Shown in pieces: positions 38,362 through 47,792 of a stretch of 64,000 nt of DNA (position 1 is its first letter; every line of letters starts with the position of its first letter). Both the position numbers and the translations under genes were made by a program. The DNA comes from Desulfobacteraceae bacterium UBA2156 (lineage in GTDB: Bacteria > Desulfobacterota > Desulfobacteria > Desulfobacterales > UBA2156): contig DCWS01000012.1 of NCBI GenBank assembly GCA_002328165.1, forward strand, positions 8,225 through 72,224, given 5' to 3'. Under the pieces are notes generated by a model that was given only the letters and a program-made list of their open reading frames with translations, had not been told where the DNA came from and made no database searches.

Positions 38362-39493
38362 ATGAGTCTATGTGTCAAAAATGATGTTTACTGGGCAGGT
38401 AAAATCGATTGGGAGCTTAGAAAATTCAATGGTGACGAGTATTCCACCCATCGGGGATCGACCTACAATCCATACTTAATTAAAGAGGAAAAAGTGGCCC
38501 TGATCGATACTGTTCGGGCGCCTTTTTCGAAGGAATTTATAACCAATCTTGTCAAGAAAATCGACCTTAGGAAAATTGACTATGTGATAGCCAACCATGC
38601 AGAGATCGATCACAGAGGCGCGCTTCCAGAATTAATGCTATATATTCCCGACACGCCAATATATAGTACGAAAAACGGCATCAATTCATTGAGAGGACAT
38701 TATCATCAGGATTGGAATTTTAATGTTGTTAAAACCGGCAATCGCCTGAGCTTGGGGCCAAAAGAACTGCTTTTCATTGAAGCCCCGATGTTCCATTGGC
38801 CAGACAGCATGTTTTGCTGTTTGACTGAAGATAATATGCTCTTCAGCAATGATGGGTTCGGGCAGCACTATGCTTCCGAATATATGTTCAATGATCTTGT
38901 TGATCAATCGGAGTTGTTCAATGAGTGTATGAAATATTATGCGAATATACTAACCCCCTTCAGTCCCATGTTTATTAAAAAGGAAAAAGAAGTCCTCGGC
39001 TTTAATCGCCCCTTGGATATCATCTGCACCGGTCACGGGGTAATATGGCGGGATAACCCCCGGGCAGATCGTTGAACAGTACCTGGAATAGGCTGGTAAT
39101 TATCAAGAAAACCAAATTACCATTATTTATGACACCATGTGGAACAGCACTCGACTGATGGCCGAAAATATTGCCGAGGGAATACAAAACAGCGATTCAG
39201 AGGTCAGCCTAAAGCTATTTAATTTGTCGAAAACAGATAAGAACGATGTTATCGCTGAAGTCTTCAAATCCAAGGCGATTCTAGTCGGGTCCCCAACTAT
39301 CAACAGAGGAATCTTGGTTCCGGTTGTTATGAGTGGAGTGGAGAATCGGTCAAGATTATCAGTGCGTTATTATAAGGAATGCGGATTTGATGTTGGCGGT
39401 GAAGGTTTGCGAGTAATGTGGAACCCTGATAGTGAAAGTATGGCAAAATGTTTTGAATATGGAAGACAATTTTCTTTAAATGTTTCTGTTTAG
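38362..39493 (+). pseudogene. Flavodiiron protein (NorV/FprA-type) pseudogene
   Basis: Colinear with flavorubredoxin-type FDPs ('HAEIDH', 'HWPDS', 'SNDGFGQHY', '[10 protein letters not shown]', 'ITIIYDTMWNSTRLMA'). There are three lesions: a +1 frameshift in a C5 run (39057-39061), an in-frame TAG at 39089-39091, and about 20 codons missing from the flavodoxin domain. Confidence 0.8.
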
Positions 39494-39508
39494 AAGAAGG
39501 GTAGATCA

Positions 39509-40060
39509 ATGAACGATCAGGGGGCCAACCGCTCATTTTCACTAATTATTTATTTTGTTGCCACGCTTTGGGCGGTGGAGGCGGTTAATTTTGTAACCGG
39601 TCACGAGTTTATCAGGTGGGGCATACTCCCAAGGACCGTAAAAGGCCTTGTGGGCATACCCCTTAGTCCTTTCATTCATACCGGTATAATGCATCTTATT
39701 TTGAATACGGGTCCCATCGCCATCCTTGGAGGCCTCATCTGTTGGCGAGGCAAATGGATATTCCTGGAAAAAACATTCTTCATTATTTTGGTCGGTGGAC
39801 TGGGGCTATGGATAATCGGAAGATCATCCTATCATGTAGGGGCAAGTGGTTTAATGTTTGGATATTTTGGATACTTGGTTTCGAGGGGAATCCTTGAAAA
39901 GAGCTTCAGTTCGCTCATCGTTTCTTTAATTACTGTTTTTGCCTATGGTGGTTTAATATGGGGCCTGCTGCCCACTTACTCCTGGATTTCATGGGAGGGC
40001 CATCTTTGTGGATTCGTAGCTGGTATTGTTGCCGCACGGTTTGAACGATCCCGAACCTAA
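39509..40060 (+). CDS. Rhomboid family intramembrane serine protease
   Basis: 183 aa with 6 TM segments, 'HVGASGLMFGYFGY' (GxSG) and 'WEGHLCGFVAG' (catalytic His). Confidence 0.7.
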   Translation: MNDQGANRSFSLIIYFVATLWAVEAVNFVTGHEFIRWGILPRTVKGLVGIPLSPFIHTGIMHLILNTGPIAILGGLICWRGKWIFLEKTFFIILVGGLGLWIIGRSSYHVGASGLMFGYFGYLVSRGILEKSFSSLIVSLITVFAYGGLIWGLLPTYSWISWEGHLCGFVAGIVAARFERSRT

Positions 40061-40095
40061 CCTTTTAGACAAAAATCCGATCAAGGAGAATCAAG

Positions 40096-40338
40096 ATGGC
40101 TTCCATTAAGATGATTGATGAAAAAGAAGCAACAGGCAAAGTTAACAATATCTATGACCAATTAAAAGAATCGCTTGGAATCGATTCTGACCCAAATATG
40201 TATAATGGAAATCGCCCACGAACTTGCCGCAGTCTCTTGTCTGAAAACTCAGTTGTAACTATCCCTTCATATTTTCTAAAATGCAATGACCAAGATTCAA
40301 TTTTTCATTTTTCAAATTTAAGATACAATTTGACCTGA
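40096..40338 (+). pseudogene. Frameshifted, truncated N-terminal fragment of a carboxymuconolactone-decarboxylase-family (AhpD-like) gene
   Basis: 'IDEKEATGKVNNIYDQLKESLGIDSDPNMY' fits the family N-terminus. Similarity then continues in another frame ('MEIAHELAAVS') and is lost. Confidence 0.4.
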
Positions 40339-40591
40339 CAACACGCTGAGTTACGATACGGAATGGATATGTCAGGTTTTCAGGAGGATGAAAAAATTAG
40401 GTATGTTGGAGATATCTTGATTAACTTGAGCATAACCTGCGCGAAAGGCAAGAGAACTGAATGTCGATAAACCACGAAACTCTGCGAATGCCCTGAACTC
40501 TGAAATCGTACAATCGCTTTCGCGTCAGGTTGATGCATTGTTAAAAGCTATTGTATTGATCCATTGCTTGAACGGCATTAGAAATTATAGC

Positions 40592-41428
40592 CTACATTAG
40601 TCTTCCTGCTTCGCCAGTTGTGTTAAGCTTTGGATAATAACAGGCGATACTCATTCCAAAAAAAGAACCTGTACACAATAGCTGAAATAAGAAGTCTTGA
40701 GTTTGCTCAAAAGTCAAGCCATTTGAAGTTGGGATGAGAACCGGCACAAGACTCGGGTCAATGACGTCTACGTCGAAATGCAGCCACAAAGGCAGTTCGG
40801 AAGTTACCAGGTGACTCAATCCTTCTTTGGCTGATTGTGTGATGCCGATTTGGACCATCTGTTCTTTGGTGTAGACCTGTAGATTTGATTCAGCGATGAG
40901 ATCTGGCTCGCGCAAACCATAAACTATTATATTTTCGTCAGATATTAATGGGCATTTTTCAAACAGCGCGGTGATTTCTTCAGATCCACGACCTGTTAAA
41001 AATTCGAGTTCGCAATCAGCAGTCTCACCTGTTGGCGATGTTTCTTTGCTGTGAAAATCTGCAGGGCCGTCAAAAAATATAAGACCGACACTAATGTCCC
41101 TGGCCGCGAAAGCGTCAGAAATACCGATGAGGATTGCGCAGTTACCGCCGAGCACAATTGAGAACTCGTTTGGGCCCAGAGTTTCATTGAGTTTTGCTGC
41201 AAGCCGACGGGCAGTCTCTTGTAATGCGCTTAGATTCAAAATGCATGTCTGTTTGTCTCGCTAGCCTTCTGGTTTCGGAATTGCAATATCGCCATAATCC
41301 GTAACGGAGTGTCCCTTTGATTTCAACAAAGTAGTCAGCCCGGTATTGCGAAGAACTTTTGCCGGGTTCTCTTCTTCCGGGGTTGTACCGTCACTATTAA
41401 ACGGTACGCCAAGTAAGCTAATCTTCAT
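40592..41428 (-). pseudogene. Arginase/ureohydrolase-family gene with an in-frame TAG and degenerate metal ligands
   Basis: Translation from ATG 41428 gives 'MKISLLGVPFNSDGTT...AIPKPEG*RDKQTCILNLSALQ...'. The TAG is at 41261-41263. 'GGNCA' replaces GGDHS, 'FDGPADF' replaces DAHxD, and 'HFDVDVIDP' is retained. Confidence 0.6.
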
Positions 41429-41527
41429 TGCAGCTACTTTATTGTATCACTTGCACTGCGCTCGTAGCTTCTAACAAGTGATTATGGGGTTACAGATTGT
41501 AATTATGGAGCGTTATCTGATACTATG

Positions 41528-41797
41528 CTATTTGACCGCATCCTTCAATGCCTTCCCGGAAACGAACTTCGGCACCATTCTCGCTTCAATATCGATCTCC
41601 TCTCCAGTCTGTGGATTCCTGCCCTTTCTGGCTTCCCTTTTGCTCACCTTAAAGCTGCCGAACCCTGAAATTTGCACTGCTTCTTTGTTCCTCAGAGCTT
41701 CCGTAATATTTGATAAAACACAATCCACAGCTGCCTGAGCTTCTTTTTTGGTCGAAACTACCTTGGCTACCTCATTAATCAAATCGCCTTTGTTCAT
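41528..41797 (-). CDS. hup: DNA-binding protein HU
   Basis: 89 aa: '[12 protein letters not shown]...[28 protein letters not shown]'. Strong RBS AAGGAGGA. Confidence 0.9.
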   Translation of the reverse strand: MNKGDLINEVAKVVSTKKEAQAAVDCVLSNITEALRNKEAVQISGFGSFKVSKREARKGRNPQTGEEIDIEARMVPKFVSGKALKDAVK

Positions 41798-41955
41798 GTT
41801 TTTCCTCCTTTCTTTGCAATATTATAGTATATTACAGAGACTATATCGAGTCCCTTTTTAAAGATTTACTATGCCCATGCCCAATTTTAAAGCCGTTGTC
41901 AGATGTTATTTATATACTACTGATGATCACTACGGTTCTTATGTCCGCGTGTCGC

Positions 41956-42264
41956 TCACGAAAAGCGTCGCCCTCCGCCACGCCTTGGTCCTCCAAGTCT
42001 CGCACCACCTCGACGGCCTTCAGAGCGAGGCCGGGCTTCATTGACATTAAGGTTTCAGCCTTTCAAATCCTTCCCATTAAAGCCTCCGATTGCAGACTGT
42101 GCTTCAGATTTAGCGGGCATCTCCACAAATCCAAACCCTCTTGATCTGCCAGTGTAATCGTCTTTTATAACCTTGACGGTATCAATCTCTCCAAAGATCT
42201 CAAAAGCTTTTTTAAAATCCTCTTCGGTAACCTCATACGATAAATTCCCCATGTAAATATTCAT
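41956..42264 (-). pseudogene. RRM-type RNA-binding protein gene interrupted by an in-frame TGA
   Basis: RNP2 'IYMGNL' and RNP1 'RGFGFVEM' are present. ORF 42055..42264 stops after 'NGKDLKG'. The same frame continues 'NLNVNEARPRSEGRRGGARLGGPRRGGGRRFS*' to 41956. Confidence 0.6.
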
Positions 42265-42568
42265 TCTGAACTCTTTCTAATAAAGATAATTTTAAAGGTT
42301 CAGTTTTTTGCCATTTAAGATCGTCATAGAATAATAGTTTCCTTTTTAAGATCGAGGCAAGAAAAAACCTAAAGTTGTGTACTATAACCGGTTGAATCCC
42401 AATCTATAGTAAGGATGGATATCAAACAGCAATCATACTGCGGCAACCGACGATTTGGATTCAGATACCGGATACCGGTCGTATTGTCAAGAAGGCATTT
42501 TCCTGTAAACAGGCTGAAAGGTACGCTCCAATATTTGTAACCATCGAAACCGAAGCAGGCTTGCCACA

Positions 42569-42940
42569 TCATTTAATCTTTAGGTAGGCCTTTCGATAAA
42601 CCCATAAATATAAGGCGGCATTAATAACAATTACCAAGCAGGCCAAAATGATTTGAAATCTTCTTGTTAATTTATCGGGATAAATAATTGGCATCAAATA
42701 ATGCTCAATAAAGCTTTGATTATACATCTTCTGCCCTCCTTTTGCCCTAAGCCAATTTTCTATCGGTGTAAGGGGACATATCTAGCCTTTGATCTCTAAA
42801 ATTATCGCCCAAACAATTGCAGGCAAATGGATGATCATCCATTTTTTGTTTTTTAGCAGAAAAAATCCACCAATTACAACAAATATAATGAAGATTAAAT
42901 GTATAATTAAGACTAAATCAGCAGATATTCTGTAAACCAT
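42569..42940 (-). pseudogene. DUF2784 membrane protein gene interrupted by an in-frame TAG
   Basis: My own translation gives 'MVYRISADLVLIIHLIFIIFVVIGG...LEIKG*ICPLTPIENWLRAKGGQKMYNQSFIEHYLMPIIYP...'. The TAG at 42782-42784 sits where the family has 'GWxCPLT'. Confidence 0.55.
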
Positions 42941-43014
42941 TATTATGAAGATTGCCGTTCAACCAACTGTATTGCAAAGGAATATAAGCGAATGGACGAG
43001 AAGGCGTGCAAAAA

Positions 43015-44205
43015 TCAGTTTTTGCCCTTTTCCGTTAAAACATTAACCTGCTTATGAACGATTATACCCCGCTTCTCAAGCTCGGCGAACATTTCTTCAG
43101 GACTGAAAGCAAGTTCCAGAGCTATCACACCGCTACCCTTCACTCGTCCTTTGCTGGTCATCTGCGCCCCTATGCCCATTGGTACACCTACACACCGGGT
43201 ATACGCACGCAGTTCTTCCCATCCTTCCACTGAACCGTCCGATTTCGGATGAGTATGAGTCAGGATATATTGAACAGACCTTTTCTATTTTATTCCAGTT
43301 ACTTCCACATGGAGCGCATAACCGTATAGATCGGTTTTCTGATCTTCTTCAGATTGAATAAGATAGCTGAAAATGACATCGAGGACGCCCACCTCACTAT
43401 CCTCGCTTTTTACTTTGTCGTTACGCAGGAATCCCCAGTCATAGAGTCCCTTTATCAGCCACATGTTTTTTGGGGGCCATGTCCCGCAAACTTCTATCAA
43501 CCGGACATCCTTGTCCGCCGAAGATTCTCCGGGGGTCAGGGTCTCCGCATGGGGTATGATATACTGGGGAAGGGTGCCAAAAGGCTCCGGTAATTCGGTG
43601 TTTCGAGGCCTGGCAAATGGCGGGACTTGAACGAGTTTTCCGTCCTCATAAACTAGACAGGTCTCCAGATTTGGATCATACTCAATACGGGTTGTCTCTG
43701 CGATTGAGGACGAAAAGGCGATGGGTCTAAACGCACCGTGACCGATACGTATCGTATCAACGGTATCCAGCCTGTCGGCAGCGTACTTTGCCATCAGGTT
43801 AGTAACACCCGGCGTCATCCCGACACTCGGTACGAAGGTCTTCCCTGTTTCTTTGAACTCTTTATCAAAATCCCATTCCAAGCTACACCCGTTCAGATTG
43901 ATCCCGTGAACTCCGGATTCGAAAATCGGAGCTATCGTGTGATCGTTCATGGATATGGTTGTACCGTCCAGGACGATATCGTATTGTTTCATCAGATTGA
44001 GGGTCTTTTCCCTGTCATATACATCGACCTTCATGAAATAAACACGGTGATCATCAAGCCAGGCAACCACTTCAAGACCTGTCCCCTCACTTACATCAGC
44101 AACGGTAATCTTATTGTAATCAGAACACTGTAGTATGTCATAAACCGATTCACGGCAGATTTTACCTGCACCTCCCAGGCACAATGCCTTCATGTTGCCA
44201 TTCAT
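43015..44205 (-). pseudogene. Saccharopine dehydrogenase-family oxidoreductase gene interrupted by an in-frame TAG
   Basis: ORFs 43285..44205 and 43015..43230 are in the same frame. The read-through is '...HVEVTGIK*KRSVQYILTHTHPKSDGSVEGWEEL...'. The TAG is at 43285-43287. N-terminal Rossmann 'ALCLGGAGKICR'. Confidence 0.65.
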
Positions 44206-44359
44206 TCCTTTATCAACCGATGTCTTAATTTTGCAATCACCCGATTTGCTCCATCCTCTTGGTGGAATGTATATACATTAAATGCCGATGTAGGTTGTGT
44301 AATAGTGTCGTAAAGGGGGGGGTGGGCGGAGAACATTCATACAATTTCTTCCTATTCAT

Positions 44360-45895
44360 TCATTTGTACTGCCCCCCCCGATCCAGATTGCGGTACTGAA
44401 TAGCCTCGGAGATATGGTCCACTTTGATATCGGGCTCTTTTTCAAGGTCGGCTATGGTGCGGGCAATTTTCAAGATGCGATTATAGGCTCGGGCCGAGAG
44501 CCCCAGTTTGTCGGTGGCAGATTCCAAAAGGTTGATTGAGGCATCACCAATGTGGCAATGTTTTTTGATATGGCGGCTGCTCATTTTGGCATTACAATAA
44601 ATCTTTGTTCTTGAAAATCTAGCAGACTGAATCTCTCTGGCCATTAACACGCGCGTTCTTATCTCTACCGACGATTCCGTTTTAATTTCTCCCTTCAGAT
44701 CTCTGAAGGGAACCGCCGGTACCTCCACATGGATGTCGATTCGATCCAGCAGTGGACCCGATATTTTTGATCGATACCTATGGATTTGTGAATAGGTGCA
44801 TCTGCACTCATGCTTTGGATCAGAAAGATATCCGCAGGGACATGGATTCATGGCAGCGATCAGCATAAAATTTGAAGGATAGGTCAGGGTTGATGCTGCC
44901 CTCGAAATGGTGACATGCTGATCTTCCAAAGGTTGGCGAAGCACCTCCAGGACATGTTTTTTATATTCGGGGAGTTCGTCCAAAAAAAGGACGCCGTTGT
45001 GGGCCAGGCTGACCTCGCCGGGTCTTGGAATATGGCCCCCGCCGATTAAACCGGCGTCTGAAATGGTATGATGCGGGGCCCTGAAAGTTCTTCTGGTGAT
45101 CAGCGACCGGTCGCTTGACAGCATCCCAATCACACTGAATATTTTTGTGATCTCGATGGCTTCATCAAATGTTAACGGCGGAAGTATGGAAGGGAGTCGT
45201 CGTGCCAACATGGTCTTCCCAGAACCCGGTGGACCGATCATGATCAAGTTGTGCCCACCGGCAGCGGCAATTTCTAAGGCCCGCTTTGCATGCTCTTGCC
45301 CCATGACCTCTGAAAAGTCCGCCTCGGATGTGTCGTCGAACTCAGAAATTGTCGAAATATCTGCTTTTTCCGGCTCTATATGGATAAAACCACGAAAAAA
45401 TTCGACGACTTGTGACAAGGTTTTCACAGGATGGACCGAAATTCCATCTACGACAGATGCTTCCCGTCTATTGCCATATGGGACTACTATCCCCTGATAA
45501 CCGGCTTTTTTTGCGGCAAGGGCCATGGGAAGTGAGCCGTTGACCGGTTTAATTCGGCCATCCAATGAAAGCTCACCCAGAATCAGGTATTTGGAAATGA
45601 TTTCTTGTGGTATGGTTCCGGTTGCAGCCAATATTCCCAAAGCGATCGGCAGGTCAAAACCGGTTCCTTCTTTTTTAATATTGGCAGGGGCCAAATTAAC
45701 AGTGATTCGGTCATCGGGAAAGGTAAAACCTGAATTGCTTATGGCTGTTTTCACCCGCTCTTTACTCTCTTTCACGGTAGCCTCTGGAAGACCGACCGTG
45801 GTAAAAGCAGGCAGTCCCGGGGTGATATCCACCTCGACCTCAATGGTAAACGCATCAATGCCGATAACCGCGCTGCTTAATATCTTTGCTATCAA
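44360..45895 (-). CDS. comM: YifB/ComM family Mg-chelatase-like ATPase
   Basis: 511 aa with a Lon-protease-like N-domain, Walker A 'GPPGSGKT', and '[11 protein letters not shown]'. Confidence 0.9.
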   Translation of the reverse strand: MIAKILSSAVIGIDAFTIEVEVDITPGLPAFTTVGLPEATVKESKERVKTAISNSGFTFPDDRITVNLAPANIKKEGTGFDLPIALGILAATGTIPQEIISKYLILGELSLDGRIKPVNGSLPMALAAKKAGYQGIVVPYGNRREASVVDGISVHPVKTLSQVVEFFRGFIHIEPEKADISTISEFDDTSEADFSEVMGQEHAKRALEIAAAGGHNLIMIGPPGSGKTMLARRLPSILPPLTFDEAIEITKIFSVIGMLSSDRSLITRRTFRAPHHTISDAGLIGGGHIPRPGEVSLAHNGVLFLDELPEYKKHVLEVLRQPLEDQHVTISRAASTLTYPSNFMLIAAMNPCPCGYLSDPKHECRCTYSQIHRYRSKISGPLLDRIDIHVEVPAVPFRDLKGEIKTESSVEIRTRVLMAREIQSARFSRTKIYCNAKMSSRHIKKHCHIGDASINLLESATDKLGLSARAYNRILKIARTIADLEKEPDIKVDHISEAIQYRNLDRGGQYK

Positions 45896-46138
45896 AGCGT
45901 TTCCTTTTTTTATTTCAATTTAAAGCAATCATTTTATTCCGGACAACCGCATTATCATCTCTGTTCCCTTCGATTTTACAAAGCCCGAGTTAAAAAAACA
46001 ACCTGTTTCAGACAAGAGTTGTATTATCTGCAATTCTGTGTTAACGAAAATATCGGCAAAATCATGATTTGAGAAAAATCTCACTGGATACAAATTTAAA
46101 TGCGCCATTTATCTTTTTAAAGTTCACCTTTTACCGGT

Positions 46139-47023
46139 ATGTATTATAATCAAAGAACAGTTGCAAAGCCTGTATTTTGCTCCGGTGTCGGTGTTCACTC
46201 CGGCAAAAAGGTAAATTTGACCATTAAACCGGCGCCTCTCAACCATGGCATCAAATTCAAAAGAACAGACCTGCCGAATAGTGCCTGCATATCGGCTCGT
46301 TTTAATATGGTGGTGGACACCAGCCTCGCCACTGTCATTGGGTATGACGGATTTATCGTCTCAACAATAGAACATCTCATGGCCAGCTTTTCAGGCCTTT
46401 CAATCGATAATGCCCTGGTTGAGATTGATGCCTATGAGGTGCCGATAATGGACGGTAGCGCCGGTCCTTTTACTTCAGCAATTTTAAAAGCCGGGATAAC
46501 TGAGCAAATTGGGCCAAAGTATTTTTTTGTGGTAAAAAAACCGGTTGAAATAAAGGAAGGTGATAAATCTGTCAGCATGTACCCCTCTTCAACTTTTAAA
46601 ATCAGCTATACCATCTCCTTTGATCATCCCTTAATTAAATATCAGTCCTATACAATAAATGTGTCCGACAAAGTGTTTGAAAAAGACATATGCAGTGCCA
46701 GAACATTTGGCTTTTTAAATGAAATAAAATACCTAAGATCCTATGGTTTCGCTAAGGGAGGATCCCTCGATAATGCTGTCGTCATCGATAAGGAGGCAAT
46801 TATAAATAGTGGTGGTCTGCGCTATCCGAACGAGTTTGTGCGCCATAAAATCCTTGACTGCATCGGTGACTTTTCACTCCTCGGTCTGCCGATTATGGGC
46901 CATGTCATCTTGAACAAATCCGGCCATTCTTTCAACCATGCCTTCCTTAGAGAGTTCATTAACCAAAAGGAATCATGGGAGACCCGCGCAGTTCAGGATA
47001 TGGATGACCTCTCCCGTACTTAA
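46139..47023 (+). CDS. lpxC: UDP-3-O-acyl-N-acetylglucosamine deacetylase
   Basis: 'GVGVHSGKKV', 'TIEHLMASF', 'EVPIMDGSAGPF' and 'FVRHKILDCIGD'. Confidence 0.9.
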   Translation: MYYNQRTVAKPVFCSGVGVHSGKKVNLTIKPAPLNHGIKFKRTDLPNSACISARFNMVVDTSLATVIGYDGFIVSTIEHLMASFSGLSIDNALVEIDAYEVPIMDGSAGPFTSAILKAGITEQIGPKYFFVVKKPVEIKEGDKSVSMYPSSTFKISYTISFDHPLIKYQSYTINVSDKVFEKDICSARTFGFLNEIKYLRSYGFAKGGSLDNAVVIDKEAIINSGGLRYPNEFVRHKILDCIGDFSLLGLPIMGHVILNKSGHSFNHAFLREFINQKESWETRAVQDMDDLSRT

Positions 47024-47032
47024 TCAAAATAG

Positions 47033-47070
47033 CTTGCCATTTGAAAAGACATTCGGTATGGTATGGCAAG
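47033..47070 (+). terminator. Hairpin downstream of lpxC (weak terminator candidate)
   Basis: An 8-bp stem CTTGCCAT (47033-47040) / ATGGCAAG (47063-47070) with a 22-nt loop. T-rich tracts follow about 25 nt later. The geometry is atypical. Confidence 0.2.
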
Positions 47071-47150
47071 AGAGAGCGCTCACCGGTTTTTAGGTTTTTT
47101 CTAAAATAACCAGTCCCACAGCTAACTGTTATAAACACATTCAAATATAA

Positions 47151-47720
47151 ATGGCCTCCATATCACGCCAAAAAATAGGTGCAATTTTCATTGGACTCTT
47201 TTTTTTGTTTCAGAATTTGGTTTTCGCCCAGGAAGCAAAGCTTACAAACATAATTGTTACAAATACACGTGATGATCTCCTTCTTTACCTTAATGTTGAG
47301 GGAGCATTCAGAGAAAAAATGAAAGATGCGATTTTAAGCGGAGTTCCCACCACTTTTTCATTTTTTATTACCCTCTATCTGAAGCGCAATTTTTGGATCG
47401 ATGAGAAGATCGCAGATATCACCATCACCCATACCATAAAATATAGCAATATTAAGAAGGAATATAGTGTCAAAAGATCTTGGGAGAATGGAGAGGCCAA
47501 AATTATCCAATCGTTCAGGGAGGCACAGAAATTGATGACCGAAATTGCCAGCTTAAAAATTCTTCCGTTATACAAGCTGGAAAAGGGCGTGCCGTATCAA
47601 ATTAGGGCAAAGGCCAAACTTAGTAAACTGACACTTCCTCTCTACCTGCATTATGTCCTGTTCTTTGTTTCTCTTTGGGATTTTGAAACCGATTGGTATA
47701 CAACCGATTTCATCTACTGA
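47151..47720 (+). CDS. DUF4390-like secreted protein
   Basis: Signal peptide, then 'ILSGVPTTFSFFITLYLKRNFWIDEKIADITITHTIKYSNIKKEYSV', which fits my recollection of DUF4390. Its position upstream of an NtrY-like kinase is typical. Confidence 0.5.
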   Translation: MASISRQKIGAIFIGLFFLFQNLVFAQEAKLTNIIVTNTRDDLLLYLNVEGAFREKMKDAILSGVPTTFSFFITLYLKRNFWIDEKIADITITHTIKYSNIKKEYSVKRSWENGEAKIIQSFREAQKLMTEIASLKILPLYKLEKGVPYQIRAKAKLSKLTLPLYLHYVLFFVSLWDFETDWYTTDFIY

Positions 47721-47792
47721 TCTTAATCGATGGACAGCTGAAATTGGAAAAAGCAAACCATACTTCAGCCCTCGACTTCCCGACATTAACCG

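Noticed and set aside
42055-42057. The in-frame TGA in the RRM gene could be a selenocysteine codon.
   Set aside because: The position aligns with Arg in RRM proteins (a one-step CGA to TGA change). The only downstream stem is 5 bp (CGGCC...GGCCG) and starts about 22 nt away, unlike a bacterial SECIS. No Sec or Cys function is plausible in a beta-strand of an RRM.
42369-42572. The 67-aa minus-strand ORF between the RRM gene and DUF2784.
   Set aside because: It has unusual composition (Cys/Trp/Tyr-rich), no RBS, and overlaps the DUF2784 stop. The region is better explained as the long 5' leader of the RRM gene.
39089-43287. The in-frame TAG codons in the flavodiiron, arginase-like, DUF2784 and saccharopine-dehydrogenase genes, sitting next to MttB-family genes, could be read as pyrrolysine sites.
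   Set aside because: The MttB homologues themselves have no in-frame TAG. TAG is used as the ordinary terminator of dctM, both mttB genes and the corrinoid protein gene. Two of these four TAGs (flavodiiron, DUF2784) fall at positions where I recall a conserved Trp; the K+ channel TAG at 56638 does too. No pylTSBCD genes are seen, and none of these families is known to contain Pyl.
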